NCBI GenBank assembly: GCA_964106915.2
Contig: OZ066925.1
Reading direction: 5' to 3' (one strand)
Origin: Podarcis gaigeae
Lineage: Eukaryota
DNA length: 64,000 nt
The notes beneath the pieces were generated by a model that ran no database searches, was not told the origin of the DNA, and saw only the letters and a program-made list of their open reading frames with translations. Shown here piece after piece: positions 34,901 through 48,100 of the stretch. The translations under genes and the position numbers were made by a program. The first letter of the stretch is position 1, and every line of letters starts with the position of its first letter.

Positions 34901-35996
34901 TCAGCCTGTGTACAGGTTCAGTGAATGCCTTTCTGTGGTTCTCAGTTAGGTGGAGATACCTTGTGTATATTTATAGACTCTGGGGAGAAATTCAACTGAA
35001 ATCATGGCAGTTGGGAATGGGGACAGTTCATTCATTCCCACTGTCACCATGTCCATTACAACATCTGCACAAGTTTGCGGGTTTTGTGTTCCTGCATTCT
35101 ATAAAAACATACTTTTCCATAAACCTTAACAATTTAAATTTCTAAGAAACATGTTTTCTCTGTGTGTAAGAAAGACAAACTTTAGTAAGAGGGCAAACAA
35201 AGAAGGTGTTAGCATAGCACATTCTGTCATATATTAACAAAAGGCATATTCCTCTTTTATATTTACCTAGGGGAAACTTCATTATGGGGGATTGCTAGGC
35301 ATTCCAGATATTGACATGTTTTTCCATGACTCTCTGAATATTATTATCATTATTTACAAACAGCATAAATCTCTGCTACATACACATAAATGTGTCACTT
35401 TAAAATTTGTTCTCAGCTAGTCTTAATTGGATTAATTTTTCCAGTATGGCAATAAGGCAGATTTGATTACACCAAGCCAATCTTTAGTCACTCCCACAAA
35501 ATGTTTCCAGTTTTGAGTAGTAACCATTCAGGGTACTACTAAGAGAAATGGAACCAATTATTTATCTGTTCCATTTGCATGTGGTCCATCCCAGTCTTCT
35601 TTTGGTCTTCTTTTGGTCTGTGTAGGGTTAACATTGATGTGTTAGAATTGTGCCTTCTGTGGAACATACTCTTTAAGACTTTCTCTTGCCTTGTCCTGCC
35701 TCTCCATCCATTCCCTCCCTTTTGAATTTCCCCCTTTATGTCTTGCTCCCTTAATGTATTCCAGCAAATAAATCCGAAATGGTTTTTGGCAATAAAAGCA
35801 ATTCAATTATGGAGCTTTATAGCAAAATGCATTTTCAGATGTCAGAAGTGTTTTCTGTTCAATAAAAAACACTTGTATTGAGCATGCAGTTCTTACTAGA
35901 TTGTCTTAGGCCACAGGCTAAATGAAAGGCCAATTGTAATTGATGTCAGAGGGGCTGGTACATGCAAACATTTCTGAGATGGAAAAACCGCCATGA

Positions 35997-36047
<51 letters not shown>

Positions 36048-39000
36048 CATAATGAGCTCACTTTTGCTTTTTTGTTATGTGAAAACTGCCAAAGCACCCT
36101 TCAGAAACCTTTATAGCAATTAGTCCTAACTTCTGTTTTAAATATTTTGTTATAAAAACAAGCGTCCCTTTTTTTGGTACAGCTAGGCATAATGCAAAAT
36201 GTACCCGTGTTTCGTTTTGTCATTTGTTGGCACTCTTCCCTCCCTGCCGCGGTCCCAGTGGAAATGCCCCTCCTCTTCAACAGCTATTAACCCTGGAAGG
36301 ACAGTCCACATGAGTGCTTATAGGTGCTTTGCTTTCGGTGCTAATCACCTGGTCCACAACAGGGTTTGGGGGAGCAGTGATGTCCACCAGGCATGTATCT
36401 GGCCAGTAAGATGGAGACTCCCACAGCTGGGAGTAGCCAGTGGGGTAGGGCAGTGGTGCTGCTCTGACCTCCTGAAACGGGCATCACTACACCTTAAAAG
36501 GAGGAGGAGGAAGAAGTTCAGAGTGATGCAAATATACTGGCAGGAGCACCAGATTGGTTCTTCTGGTGCACAGTTGCTGTGCCAACCGCCTCACCCCTCC
36601 TCCTTTCTGCTGAGCTGCTGCAACGCCCGTGCCAGGAAGTATTGCCTACCACTCCTACACACAGCATCCCACATGAGTCACTTGGCATCATGTCTAGTTT
36701 GGACCTGCTATAGCTCCTTTGGGCATACTGGCATGCCTCATTGTTCTTCATTAACTTTTTGGTTACCTGGCTATGCTTGATGATATCTCAGAATATAAAC
36801 ATTTCTCTGTCTCTCCACTCTATTTTTTTCCTCTCTCTCTCTCTATTTGCCTCTTCTCAAACAGGATTTCATGGCTGGAACAAAACAGAAGGAACGATGT
36901 GACATAGTTCTACACTTAATGAAAAGAGGCTGCAGAGCAGATTTCATAGAAAGTCCCAGCGCTGGTGTAACAATGCCCGCCAGTAATGCTAATGTACAGG
37001 TGGCACCAGGAGAAGTTTCAATCCAACTACGTCCAGGTTTGTTTCTTAAAAAGAAAGTGTTGTTTTTTTTAAAAAAAATGAATTGGACACAGTTAAGCAG
37101 GCAAGAGAGATAGGGCATTCACACAGAGCCTGGCGTTTGCTTTTTAAATGAGAAAAGATACCTAATTCTGGAGAACTGTTACAGATCCAGTTTTTAAAAG
37201 GACTGAAAGCAATCAGTTCATACTGATTTAAAAAATAACTCTTGGATATGCTAATCTTGTGAGCTTTCTATATTTTGTCTAAATTGGCTATGCAGCAGTT
37301 TTGGCTCCCGCGATTTTTATGGCCTTGGCATCTGTTTAAATAGCTAATGAGACGGCTTGTCACCATTATCCATTGTCTAATTTCCATTGTCTAACTCCCA
37401 TTAAAATGTTCATCAAAATTGGATAATTATGAGTGAATAGGTCTGTATTCTGTTACCTCTCATCCCAGCCAAATCCTGTAAATGATACTTTGTATGCTTA
37501 GATTGCCTGGTCTTGTTATCTCAAATTGAACACAAGCATACCTATTACAGTTGTGGCTTTTTTGTTGTTTTAGATGAGCTCTTATTCTCCTCACCCTCAC
37601 TTTTCTACTTACACACGCACACCCCTTGGCTGTGATGCCATTGTGGTTTCCACCACCCTTGTTTGTTCATGTCTTCTTGAAACCCAACTTGTTTAGTAGG
37701 GTTTTACCTTGAAACCTTGCTCTACAAGATGGTGCGGAGTAGGTTTGCATCTGTGCTTTGTTAAAAATTACAAGCTGTTTTCGAGTCACTCTGTTCACCT
37801 TTGATCTGTGATTAGGTTCCGATCTTCTCTCTGCAAAATGAAGCTCTGTCTTCCCCATTCGCTCCTATGAGGAATCTTAAAACAGCACCCTACCAGATCT
37901 GTGCAGGCTGCAGTCCATTTGGAGCCTATTCACATGAGAATATTTAGAACAGGGTGAAGACACAGAGACACTACCAGTATAATGTTAAGTCACTACATGA
38001 AGAATTTTTAAAGTGTGTTTTGCTACTCCTCCTTTAAAGAGGAAAGGTAGCTAAGGAACCCAATTCAACCACCACGAAGTTGCTTCCAGTAACACGATCT
38101 ACGGCTGGTTGCTCCAGTCACATGAACCACATCCTCTATCCATTCAGATGGGGGTACATCTTCACCATTAGTAGCTCTTTGAATCCCTAACTATAAGATC
38201 TTTCATTACACTCTTCTGCCACTTGTACAGCAAGCCCCCTCTGGGCTTAGAGATCTTATATGGGCATGTGCCTGCATCACAGCAACTTAACTGGAAGTTA
38301 ACACATCTGCCAATCACCTGCAACGATGTGACTGAGCCAGCTGCTAATCCTCAGAATTAGAGCAGGATGTATTTACTGAGCATATCCTGGTCTTATTCAT
38401 GTTAGAGTTGTACAGGTATAAGCCTGGTCCACCACAAACAGTTGTTGTGGTATGTTAATACTGAATAGAGTAGAAGTCATTGTTTATTCATAATGCTGGT
38501 GTTCCAGACTCTTGGGGATTTAAAGGGATGGTTTAAATGAAAGGAAACAAAAACTTTATTCACGACAAAAGTATTTTGTGCTGTGGGAGTTGCCTGAAAG
38601 TTTGGAACCTCTGTGTGGACTTTGTTTATAATAACATAACTTTGAGCGTGGTGTTAGCGCTTTGAACTCCTATTCATTTGAGAACCAGTTAAGGGGAGGC
38701 TATGGCAATATTCGCTGCATATGTGCAAGCGTTTCTTAGTTGGCTATTTGCAGATAGTGCAGACATAGCATAATTGTATTGATTCAGACTTAGCTATTGC
38801 CTGACCTGAGAAGCTGCCCAAACCATTGTGAGAGCTGAGGAAGAACTTCAGGTTATTATTTATTCTGCCTCCAGTCTTTTATGCATATTTTGCTCTTCCC
38901 GGCCTCACCTCAGTTCATCACCCTGCACTGTATTTGTATGTTATCACCATGACATCGGATCTCCCTGGTGAAATGAGTGGCAGGCAAGATTTAGTTAAGA

Positions 39001-42000
39001 GTAGATCTGCTGGTGCAGGGGTTGAAAGTTTCCAGAGTGAGCTGTCATGATATGACTTCATAGATCAACTGATCTCTGATATCTTTCCTCTTACGTGCTC
39101 TTGAAAGCTAGCAAAATGTATAATACAGTGCTATCCACTTCCTTGATTGAAAACAGGAATCTTAATGAGGTCAGCTTCATGAGCACAACTGGGAGAGCTT
39201 TTTAGTGTTTCTTTGATGCAGATGTCCAGAGTTGTGGAAGATAAGTCAAGTTTATTCTGAACTGGTTTATGCTGAACTGTGTACTAGCACTTGCTCAACT
39301 TGATCAACTGTCCCCATAGATGTGCCATGGAGCAACAGTCCCTTCTCTGCCCTGCCCCACCCCACTTGTTAGTAGCAAGCAGGTGGTCCAAACTATAGCA
39401 AAGCTATGAGGCTTTGCTGTCCCCCTTTAAAGTTCACAGTGTTGAGAAAGCCACAGCTTCTATTTTTAATAGATATTTCATGCGGCACAGTTGTCACAAG
39501 CATGGAGAAAAAGTAGAGTAGTTGTGTCTTTGAGAGCAAAGTGTCACATTATGTTAGCAGAATGCCTAATGGCGTTGATACTGGTATTTATAGCAGGAGC
39601 TTTTTGTTCCAGAGGAAGGCTGTGCTTCCCTCTTGCATTCTCAGTGAAGGCCTCACTAGCAAAAACATAAGGAAACTGTGCCGCTGCTACTAGTTGTACC
39701 AGATTTTTGCAGTCCAAATCTCCCATCAAATGTTAATCATTTGAAGGGAGGACCATGGTACGTACTAGCAATGCAACATCATGGTACTTGCCCCATTCCA
39801 ATGGCATGTAGCTAGCCTACCCGTGAGAGCTGTGTGTGGACATCTGCAAGAGGGAGCCTATGTACGTTGGCTTCTATGTGATCATGCATGGCTCCTGATT
39901 TTTGGAAGTCTATTCATATAGTCTTCTCATTTTTGTAGATGTCCATATTCAACACCTGGGCATTGGAGGTGGGGCAGGGGCAGCAGTGCAGCCCTACCAC
40001 TCATATTTGTAAAGCCCCCTTCACATGAGTGATGTGTGAATGGGTCTTCACTTGATTCTGTATCCCTCCAGGTGGGCAAGCAAAACCACTCAAGCCAAGC
40101 TAGAGACATGTTGTTGGATTTCATCCACTGCCCTTCTGAAAGACAGCAGAGGCCAGATGATGAAAGGTTTTCAAACACCATTTCACATTTGCACCCCTCC
40201 AAGGAATTCCCCTAAGGAACTTGGTGTATGAAGTTAACCCCCCTCCCCACACACAATAACTATGTGCTGGAGGTTATGCCAAGAGATAGCCACTTAACCA
40301 AAGCCGCTTAATCCTTCAAGGATCTGCATATTCTATGTATCATTGCCATTTTCTTGTTAGCATTGGCAAATGTGGAGGGAAAACATGACCTTCCCTTCCA
40401 TGGAATAGTGTTATGATCAAAGACAATAACAATTCTGCTCATGGAAATGATTTACGCTAAATCAGGCCGAAAGAGAATAGCTGGGACGAAAAGAGCAAGT
40501 TACTGGGAAATTTCGTTTGCTTTTCATTCTCTCCATTCAAGGGGGAGTATCCAGCAGCGACAACAAGCAAGGCTTCTGTCTTATTTTTTATTTATTTTTA
40601 ATTACTAGAGAAGCTTAGTAATGCTGCTTATCTGCCAAGTTAAACAAGGTTTCAGCCTGAGACATTAGTTTGTTGTGTAATGATTTCTACAGGAAAGACA
40701 CATAGATACTTCTGGACTGGGTATGGCACCCCCTTCCAGCTATACCTCCTACAACAAGGACAGCCCCCATTCTGGCATCCAGGGAGTCAGTCATCTTAGT
40801 GGCTGCCCTTGTTTGGGAAGTGGGTCTGAAGTCTTTGACTTTTCCAGAGTGCCATGCATGCTAACAAAGTTCATAAAAATGCGCCCCCTGGGATGCAGGA
40901 TAAGTGTTCCGTTGCGGAAGAGAATGTGGGGGACTTTCTGGGATTGGCAGTTTGCTTGTCTCATTATGTGGCTACCCAAGTAAAGAGCTGCCACCAGAAC
41001 CGTGGCTCCTGTCCAGCAGCTGGAGTCCTGAAAGCTGTGAACTGGAGAGTTGGGAAATGCTGATGAGCCTAAACTGGAACGGAACCTAAGTTGTAGCTCC
41101 GCTTCCTGAGCAAGGATATCCCATTTACAGAGAAAACAAATGGGTCCATTCAGAAATTGCCAGCCCTGCACTAATGGCTACAATTTGTATGCAAATCAAT
41201 CCATGTTTTTGAGTCATAGTTTTCTATTACTTTGCATAATGCAAGACTGATTTCGCACCCTGAGAGAAGGGAGGTGGGTACCAAGGTGAATAAAGACCCG
41301 AACTTTGTTAATGTTTGCCCTTTGAAGGTTTATTAAATCATTTACTTGAAAACTTTTAATTGCAAACAGAAGCCTGTCCTGGAATACCTGGCAACTTGTC
41401 TTGTGTCTTGACAGATAACATTAGAAAAATATTGTGATTTCTTTGTTTAGTGAATCCAGTATAAACTAATGGTACCCCTATTTTATTAAGTACTGAAAAC
41501 CTATTCATCTCCTAATTTGTTTCCGTCTCTGGCATTTCCATTGTTATACACACACCCCACACAATTTCTTTTATTTAATGAACCTCTGGCAAGTCATGCT
41601 CTTTATGCTTTACCCTCTTCCCATTCCTGCCTAATTTCTTTCTAGAGGAACATATCCTAGCATTGTGACTTTGTACTGTGGATCTAACCACATTTATCTT
41701 TTTTCTTTATTAAGATGTATTAAACACACATTTATTTATCCGATTTATATCAGGCCCTTCCTTTCAGAGGATCCTAGTATGGCAAACACATCAATGAAAA
41801 AACATTTTTTATTTAAAAAAACCAGTTTAAAACATTCTCTGAACCACTGATCTCAGAGGTGCCAGCAACTGCATTGTTCCGCCATCAGGTGTGCTCTGGT
41901 GACTCACCTAGACTGGTAAAGAAAGCATTATTTACAATGGTACCTCGGTTTTCGAACGTCCCCATTGACGAGCATTTCAGAACTCGAACGCCGTAAACCC

Positions 42001-45000
42001 AGAAGTAAATGCTTCCATTTTCACACATGCCTCAGAAGTCAAATGGCTTCCGCTAAGTTTTTCTCAATTTTCTCTATTAAATTTGCTGTCCTCCCTTTGC
42101 ACCTCGATTTTCGAAAGTTTCAGAACTCAAACGGTCTTCCGGAACGGATTACATTCAAAAATTGAGATAGCACTGTATATGCGTTGGATGTGTGATATGA
42201 CATTGTGCCCCACCAGATGGTGATGTGAAATCCTGTTTTTCTCTTACCTGTTTTCCCTGTTTAGATTTACGTTTTAAACTGAAACACATCTTTGATGTGT
42301 CTAGATCCAGTCTCAGTGTATACACAAAGAGAGTGAACTTGGACTACATACAGGGCATGCTTTGAAATAAACTGGTTAGGGAGAGAACACCTTCTCTGGA
42401 GATTTTAGAAGGACCCCTGTACCTCCTGAGGTGATGTGTAGCATCCTGCCAAGTAACAAGTGGAGCATAGCTTGAGGCTCTTAACTCATCATGTGCTCTG
42501 GTGCAATCCTCATCTTCAGAGCAGGAGCCTCAGAGTGGTGAATTCTGCTTCACAAGGCTTCTCATGTGTGCTATTTATTTATCACCAGAAGGAGGAGCAC
42601 TTGACTCTTGCTGATGGGAAAAATCCAATTGCTAACATGCAAGGGACCAAAAGGAAACTAACTAACCTACTATCATTGATAGTACTTCAGAGAAATGAGG
42701 AGACAGACAGCGAAAGAGAGTTTCCATTGAAACAGAACAGGGCAAAGAAATCTTTGCAGCAAATCGAGCTAGTTTTCTATGAGGAAGCACCTTGGATCTC
42801 TTAATTCCTCACTTGTAGTGCGGAGCCAAAAACACCCGGCCTACTTATGTAGCCTCATCCACAGGCTGCAAACATAGAGAATTATTTGGGCGATTGGGTG
42901 GGAGTTGGAAAATCAGAATTCTGTGGACTGGGGCATCCTCAAATAAGGTGGCAGCTTTTCCCGCCTTGGTCTCTGCATTTTCTTCCTCCAATCCCTGGTT
43001 GCATTCATCGTGACACACACAAACACAGCAAAACAATCAAGGTTATCAATAACACATGGTGGCATACCGAGAGGCAAAAGCAGGCCCCTGTTCACCCAGA
43101 AGTTGAAAACTAAAACAGACCATGGGCAAGTGCAAGATAGGGAAGGAAGAGGCTGGGGAGGAACAAACATAGACCAGTGCATTTATAAACACTTATAATC
43201 TGGTTAATCAAAATATGGAAGATTGTAAATATGATTAAATTTCTAAATTTGATGAGAGCTACAGAAGGAAGACAACAACCACATTTTGTGTGTTTTTTAA
43301 GATTTTCTTGTTTTACAGAAGTAAGTGTAATGTCTCTTGTATATTGTAGAAAAAATGAGTTGTTTGTAATGTATTGGGACAACAAAGTAAACCCACATAC
43401 ATTATTATACATCATGTAATTTGACTCTCAAATGCTTTTTTCTTTCTTCCTGAGTGCATGAGAAATTATTAATTACTATTGCCAATGGGAAATCCTATGT
43501 TTCTAATATTTAATATTATTGATATGGTGTTTTGAAATATTGTTTCTTGCTTAAATAAAACTTTTTAAAATGTGTATATTAAGGGAAAGTGTGTGTTAGT
43601 GAAAGTAATGTACAGAAATGTATTATATTTGAGGAAATTGCTTGCAAAAACCTATAGCAGAAATTGCATACAAAAACTTGTCTATCAGCAGAGATTGACA
43701 CTAAAACATGCTCATACACACGCATGCATGCACCTGGGAGAGTTAAGTAAATAAGCCAAAAGAAATGAGATTTAGAAATAAGATACGCTTGCAGATTTTT
43801 TTAATGCAACATTAATACTCAGAAATACTTATTACAGTTTTGTTTTTTTAACTATCAGGATCTGAAGCAAGTTTTATGTTGAAAGTCCAGCCACTGGAAA
43901 AGTACCCGGTCGACCTTTATTATTTGGTTGATGTGTCTGCATCTATGCACAAAAATATAGAAAAATTAAACTCTGTTGGATCTGATTTATCTCAAAAGAT
44001 GGAAAATATTTCCCTTGATTTGCGACTTGGATATGGATCTTACGTAGATAAGACGGTGTCACCTTATATTAGCATTCACCCAGGAAGAATTCATAATCAA
44101 TGCAGGTAAGTAATTTGTAAATCTAACTGGAAGCTCGCATGTGTCCTAAACTAAACCACCCTACAGTGTAACCCTAATCATGTTTACTTAGAAGTATGTC
44201 CTCCTGAATTCAATGGGACTTTCTCCCAGGTAAGTAGAATTAGGATTGCATCCTGAATTTAAATCTTTGGGAAGGGCAAGGTGTGAAACAAATGATCTAA
44301 TATTTCTATTTCATTTTGGTTTATGTGCTGTAAATTGCTGCAGTGCCTGCATAATATTTTGTTACATAACTGTATTGATGTAACTGGTGTGCTGCTTCCT
44401 AATGCTTATTAGGGAAGGCTTATAGGGCAAGGGCACAAGGACCTTTAGGACAAGGTGGGGATATGCTATCTGTTTTTACTAAAGTTGCTCTGTGAACACT
44501 GACCCATGAGTCACATTAAGTTTTCTAGAATAAGTAGTATGCACTAAACAATCAAGATTCTACAAGCACATCTTGTGTACGTGACGTGAGTTTGCTTTCC
44601 TGTGTTGTTATAACTGGGAGCAGAGGGCACAGGAGCTTAATTTGTGTCATTTTCTATAAACTTATCCTAAAATGTATTACAACTTTTTGTTGCTGATGAC
44701 TTGACTGGGGTTTGCTTGTGGGGCAGGGAGAAAGGAGATGAAGTAAGTTGCACCTGCTGGGGGAGGTTGCAGATGTTTTCCGTCTTCCCTGCTTCTCATG
44801 GCGTTCTTCACATTTGGCACACTTCCCTATGGGCTCGATCCAATGTTAGCCATCCTTGGAGAAAACTCATTGAAATTAATGGACTAATAATGACTATCTT
44901 CAGCTCCTTTAATTTAAGTGGATCTGTTCTGGGTTTAACTGAGTTGGAAATAACCAGACAGAGAGTCTTCTTGGTGGTAGTGCCCTCCCTGTAGAACGCC

Positions 45001-45133
45001 CTCCCATCAGATGTCAAGGAAATAAAGAACTACACAACTTTTAGATGACATCTGAAGGCAGCCCTGTATCTGGAAGTTTTTAATGTTTGACAAAGACTCT
45101 CTCTCTCTCTCTGTCTATATATACATACACACA

Positions 45134-45174
<41 letters not shown>

Positions 45175-48100
45175 CAAGCCACCCAGAGTGGCTGAGGAAA
45201 CCCAGCAGGATGGGTGGGGAATAATAATAATAATAATAATGGCAAAAGGTTTTGGCAGATTAAGAAGGAAAAGCTTCATGTTGGCTATTTCTCTGTCTTG
45301 TTTATTTTTCTTCATGGTGGTGAAAGAGGAAAGGCTTTTTATTCTGGTCTTTCAACCTCCTCCCTTACTTTCCATACATTATATGGAATCATATAATGTC
45401 ATACCACCTAGTTTAAGGATGGTGAAACCTGTGACCCTCCAGATATTGGGCTCAAGTCCCATCAGCTCCAGCCATCATGGCCAGTGGTCAGGAATGGTGA
45501 GGGCTGGAGACCCATAGCATCTGGAGGGCCACACATTTCCCACACCTGACATATTTCATCAGCACTTACTGCCTTTTTGTAATAACATGGATTTGTGTTT
45601 AGTGTGTCTATATTTATAGACAGCCAGAAATGATGTGCGAGCATTGTGTCGCTATAGCCAACTATTAACCTAGAACTAATTTCCAAGCAGAATTTTAATA
45701 GAATTTCACTTTTCATCTTTTTGCCAAACAGCGATTATGATCTCGATTGTATGCCTCCTCATGGCTATATCCATGTCTTATCATTGACTGACAAAATAGC
45801 AGAATTCAGAAGTGCAATTAGCAAGCAGAAAATCTCTGGGAATATTGACACACCTGAAGGAGGCTTTGATGCTATGCTTCAAGCAGCTGTGTGCCAGGTA
45901 AGAGGCAGTCAATAAGCCAGCAAAGGATCTGCTTTTTATCCTAGTGTTTGATAGTTGATCTAATCCCATGGTTCTCCAGTGCTGTCTGAATATTGTAGCT
46001 TTTCACAGAACCAAAGGCAGTTGTGGAGACCTACCATTGCTTGTGGTGCTCATGTTGACCTTTTCTCTACATGTGCATCATCGTCCCTGCTCAAAAGTGC
46101 TTTGGCAGATATTTTTAGGGCTTCAAGTTGTGGTTTGAAAAAGCCAGGCCAGTTCCCAGCAGGTACCGTATATGTGTGTTGATATGAGTGTCTTGGGTAG
46201 TTATTGCTGTTCTTGAAGAGTCACAGCCAAATCTAGAACAGTTGGGCAGCTATGCTTCCATTTGCTTAAAAACTACAAATGCTTTATTTCATTTTCAGTA
46301 TTAAAGCGATTCTTAAAATAGTGAACCGGGGGTAGCCAAAGTGGTGCCCTCCAGATGTAGTCCGGAACTGCAGTTCCCATCAGCTGCAGCCAGCACGGCC
46401 ATGGCAAGGCATGCTGGGAGTTGTAGTGCTATAACATCTCAAGGGCACAACATTGGCCACCCCTGCAGTAGATTAAAAAGTGGACCTTTGGATACCTGTT
46501 GTGTCTCAGGCACTTCAAATCAAATAGAGCCTACAAACCAGTACAGTACCTTTTAACTAATGCTTCTCTCTTCTTCATTTGCTTTCACCCCGTTAGCTTG
46601 GTTATTTTTTCCCCTTCCTTCCCTTAGAGCCATATTGGTTGGCGCAAAGAAGCCAAGCGCCTTCTTCTCATGATGACGGATCAGACCTCTCACCTGGCGC
46701 TTGACAGTAAATTAGCGGGGATAGTAATCCCTAACGATGGAAACTGCCATTTGAAAGATAATGTGTACGTCAAAGCGACCAGTATGGTAAGGTATATGTC
46801 GTATACAGCACTGGCTTTGAACAGGGGTTTCCCCAAGCGTTAGAAGGGTCTCTGTAATGAGATGCTCCTGCTGGAGAGGCATGAACTTCAGCTAGAACCA
46901 ACTCACTCAAATGGTTTCAGCCTCCCAGTCAGTACAGTGTGAGTAGCGTTTTTTTCTTCATCATCCCACCTCTGATTGAGGTCTTTTCTTCCCTGATTAC
47001 GTTATATGCTGTTCCAGATAGCCAGGAGTGGTAGAGGATGTCTCCTGCTCAAGGTATGCTGACACGTTTTGTCGCAAGAATTAAACACTATGTTCATTGT
47101 GAAGGCCTGGGATCACTTGGGGAAGATTGGAGTAAGCTAGGTAAACCGAGTCTAGAGAAAGTGGCAAGTTTATGCTAGGGATGAGCGACCTGAGCAACAC
47201 AAACTAAAGGGTGCAGCTTCTTTTCTTGTGCATGCTGAAAGCTCCCATCTATTATAGCATCTGATCAGCCTGTGAGTAGAGTTGAATTTTGGTTAATCTT
47301 CATGGATGTCCAATAAGTGGTGTGAGATATGAACCCGTACTGAGACCAGGCTCACATGCAGGATGAAGGAAAGAGAAGAGTTGTGAACAGCAAAGTGAAG
47401 GGAAGTGTATGTGTGTGTTTTTCCACTTGGCACACCTGCAAATGCACAGTGCTGTGCCTCAACACAGAGAAGTGTAGCTCCTTTTGTTTGTTTGCCGCTC
47501 TGTACTTTTGAACCCAGTGCATTGGTGAAAAGGCGCTCACACGGCTACTGTCATGAGCTTCCCTTTTCTCTAAGGAAACACACTGCAAAGAGCAGAACCC
47601 TGTTAACTGCCCTGAATTAGTTTTAATGAAAAGGTATGCCTGTTCTAGCAGTTCAAAAGGACATCAAAGTGCAAGTAGATAAATAGGTACCACTCTGGCG
47701 GGAAGGTAAATGGCATTTCCGTGCGCTGCTCTGGTTCGCCAGAAGCAGCTTAGTCATGCTGGCCACATGACCCGGAAACTGTCTGCGGACAAATGGCGGC
47801 TCCCTCGGCCAGTAAAGCGAGATGAGCGCCGCAACCCTAGAGCCGGCCACAACTGGACCTAATGGTCAGGGGTCCCTTATGCCTGTTCTATTAATAACGG
47901 AATGTTGTCAAGTGCATGTATCACAGATATATACACTGCAGGGAGCTGATACTTGCCACTGATGAATTGCATGTGACTCGACCATAAGTCCATTCATCCA
48001 GACTGTGCTTGATTCATTTACTTGGTCATCTTTCAGCTTCTTTCTCTTTCTTCTTTCCCCTTTTATTTGGAAGTGGGGTGGTTTGCTCTGCAGATATGCT

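Noticed and set aside
36199-36780. 193-aa intronic ORF
   Set aside because: No recognisable domain or coding-like composition; lies within ITGB8 intron 2 in probable degenerate repeat sequence.
42208-42226. CTCF-like motif CCACCAGATGGTG
   Set aside because: A single imperfect motif cannot be supported without ChIP or conservation data.
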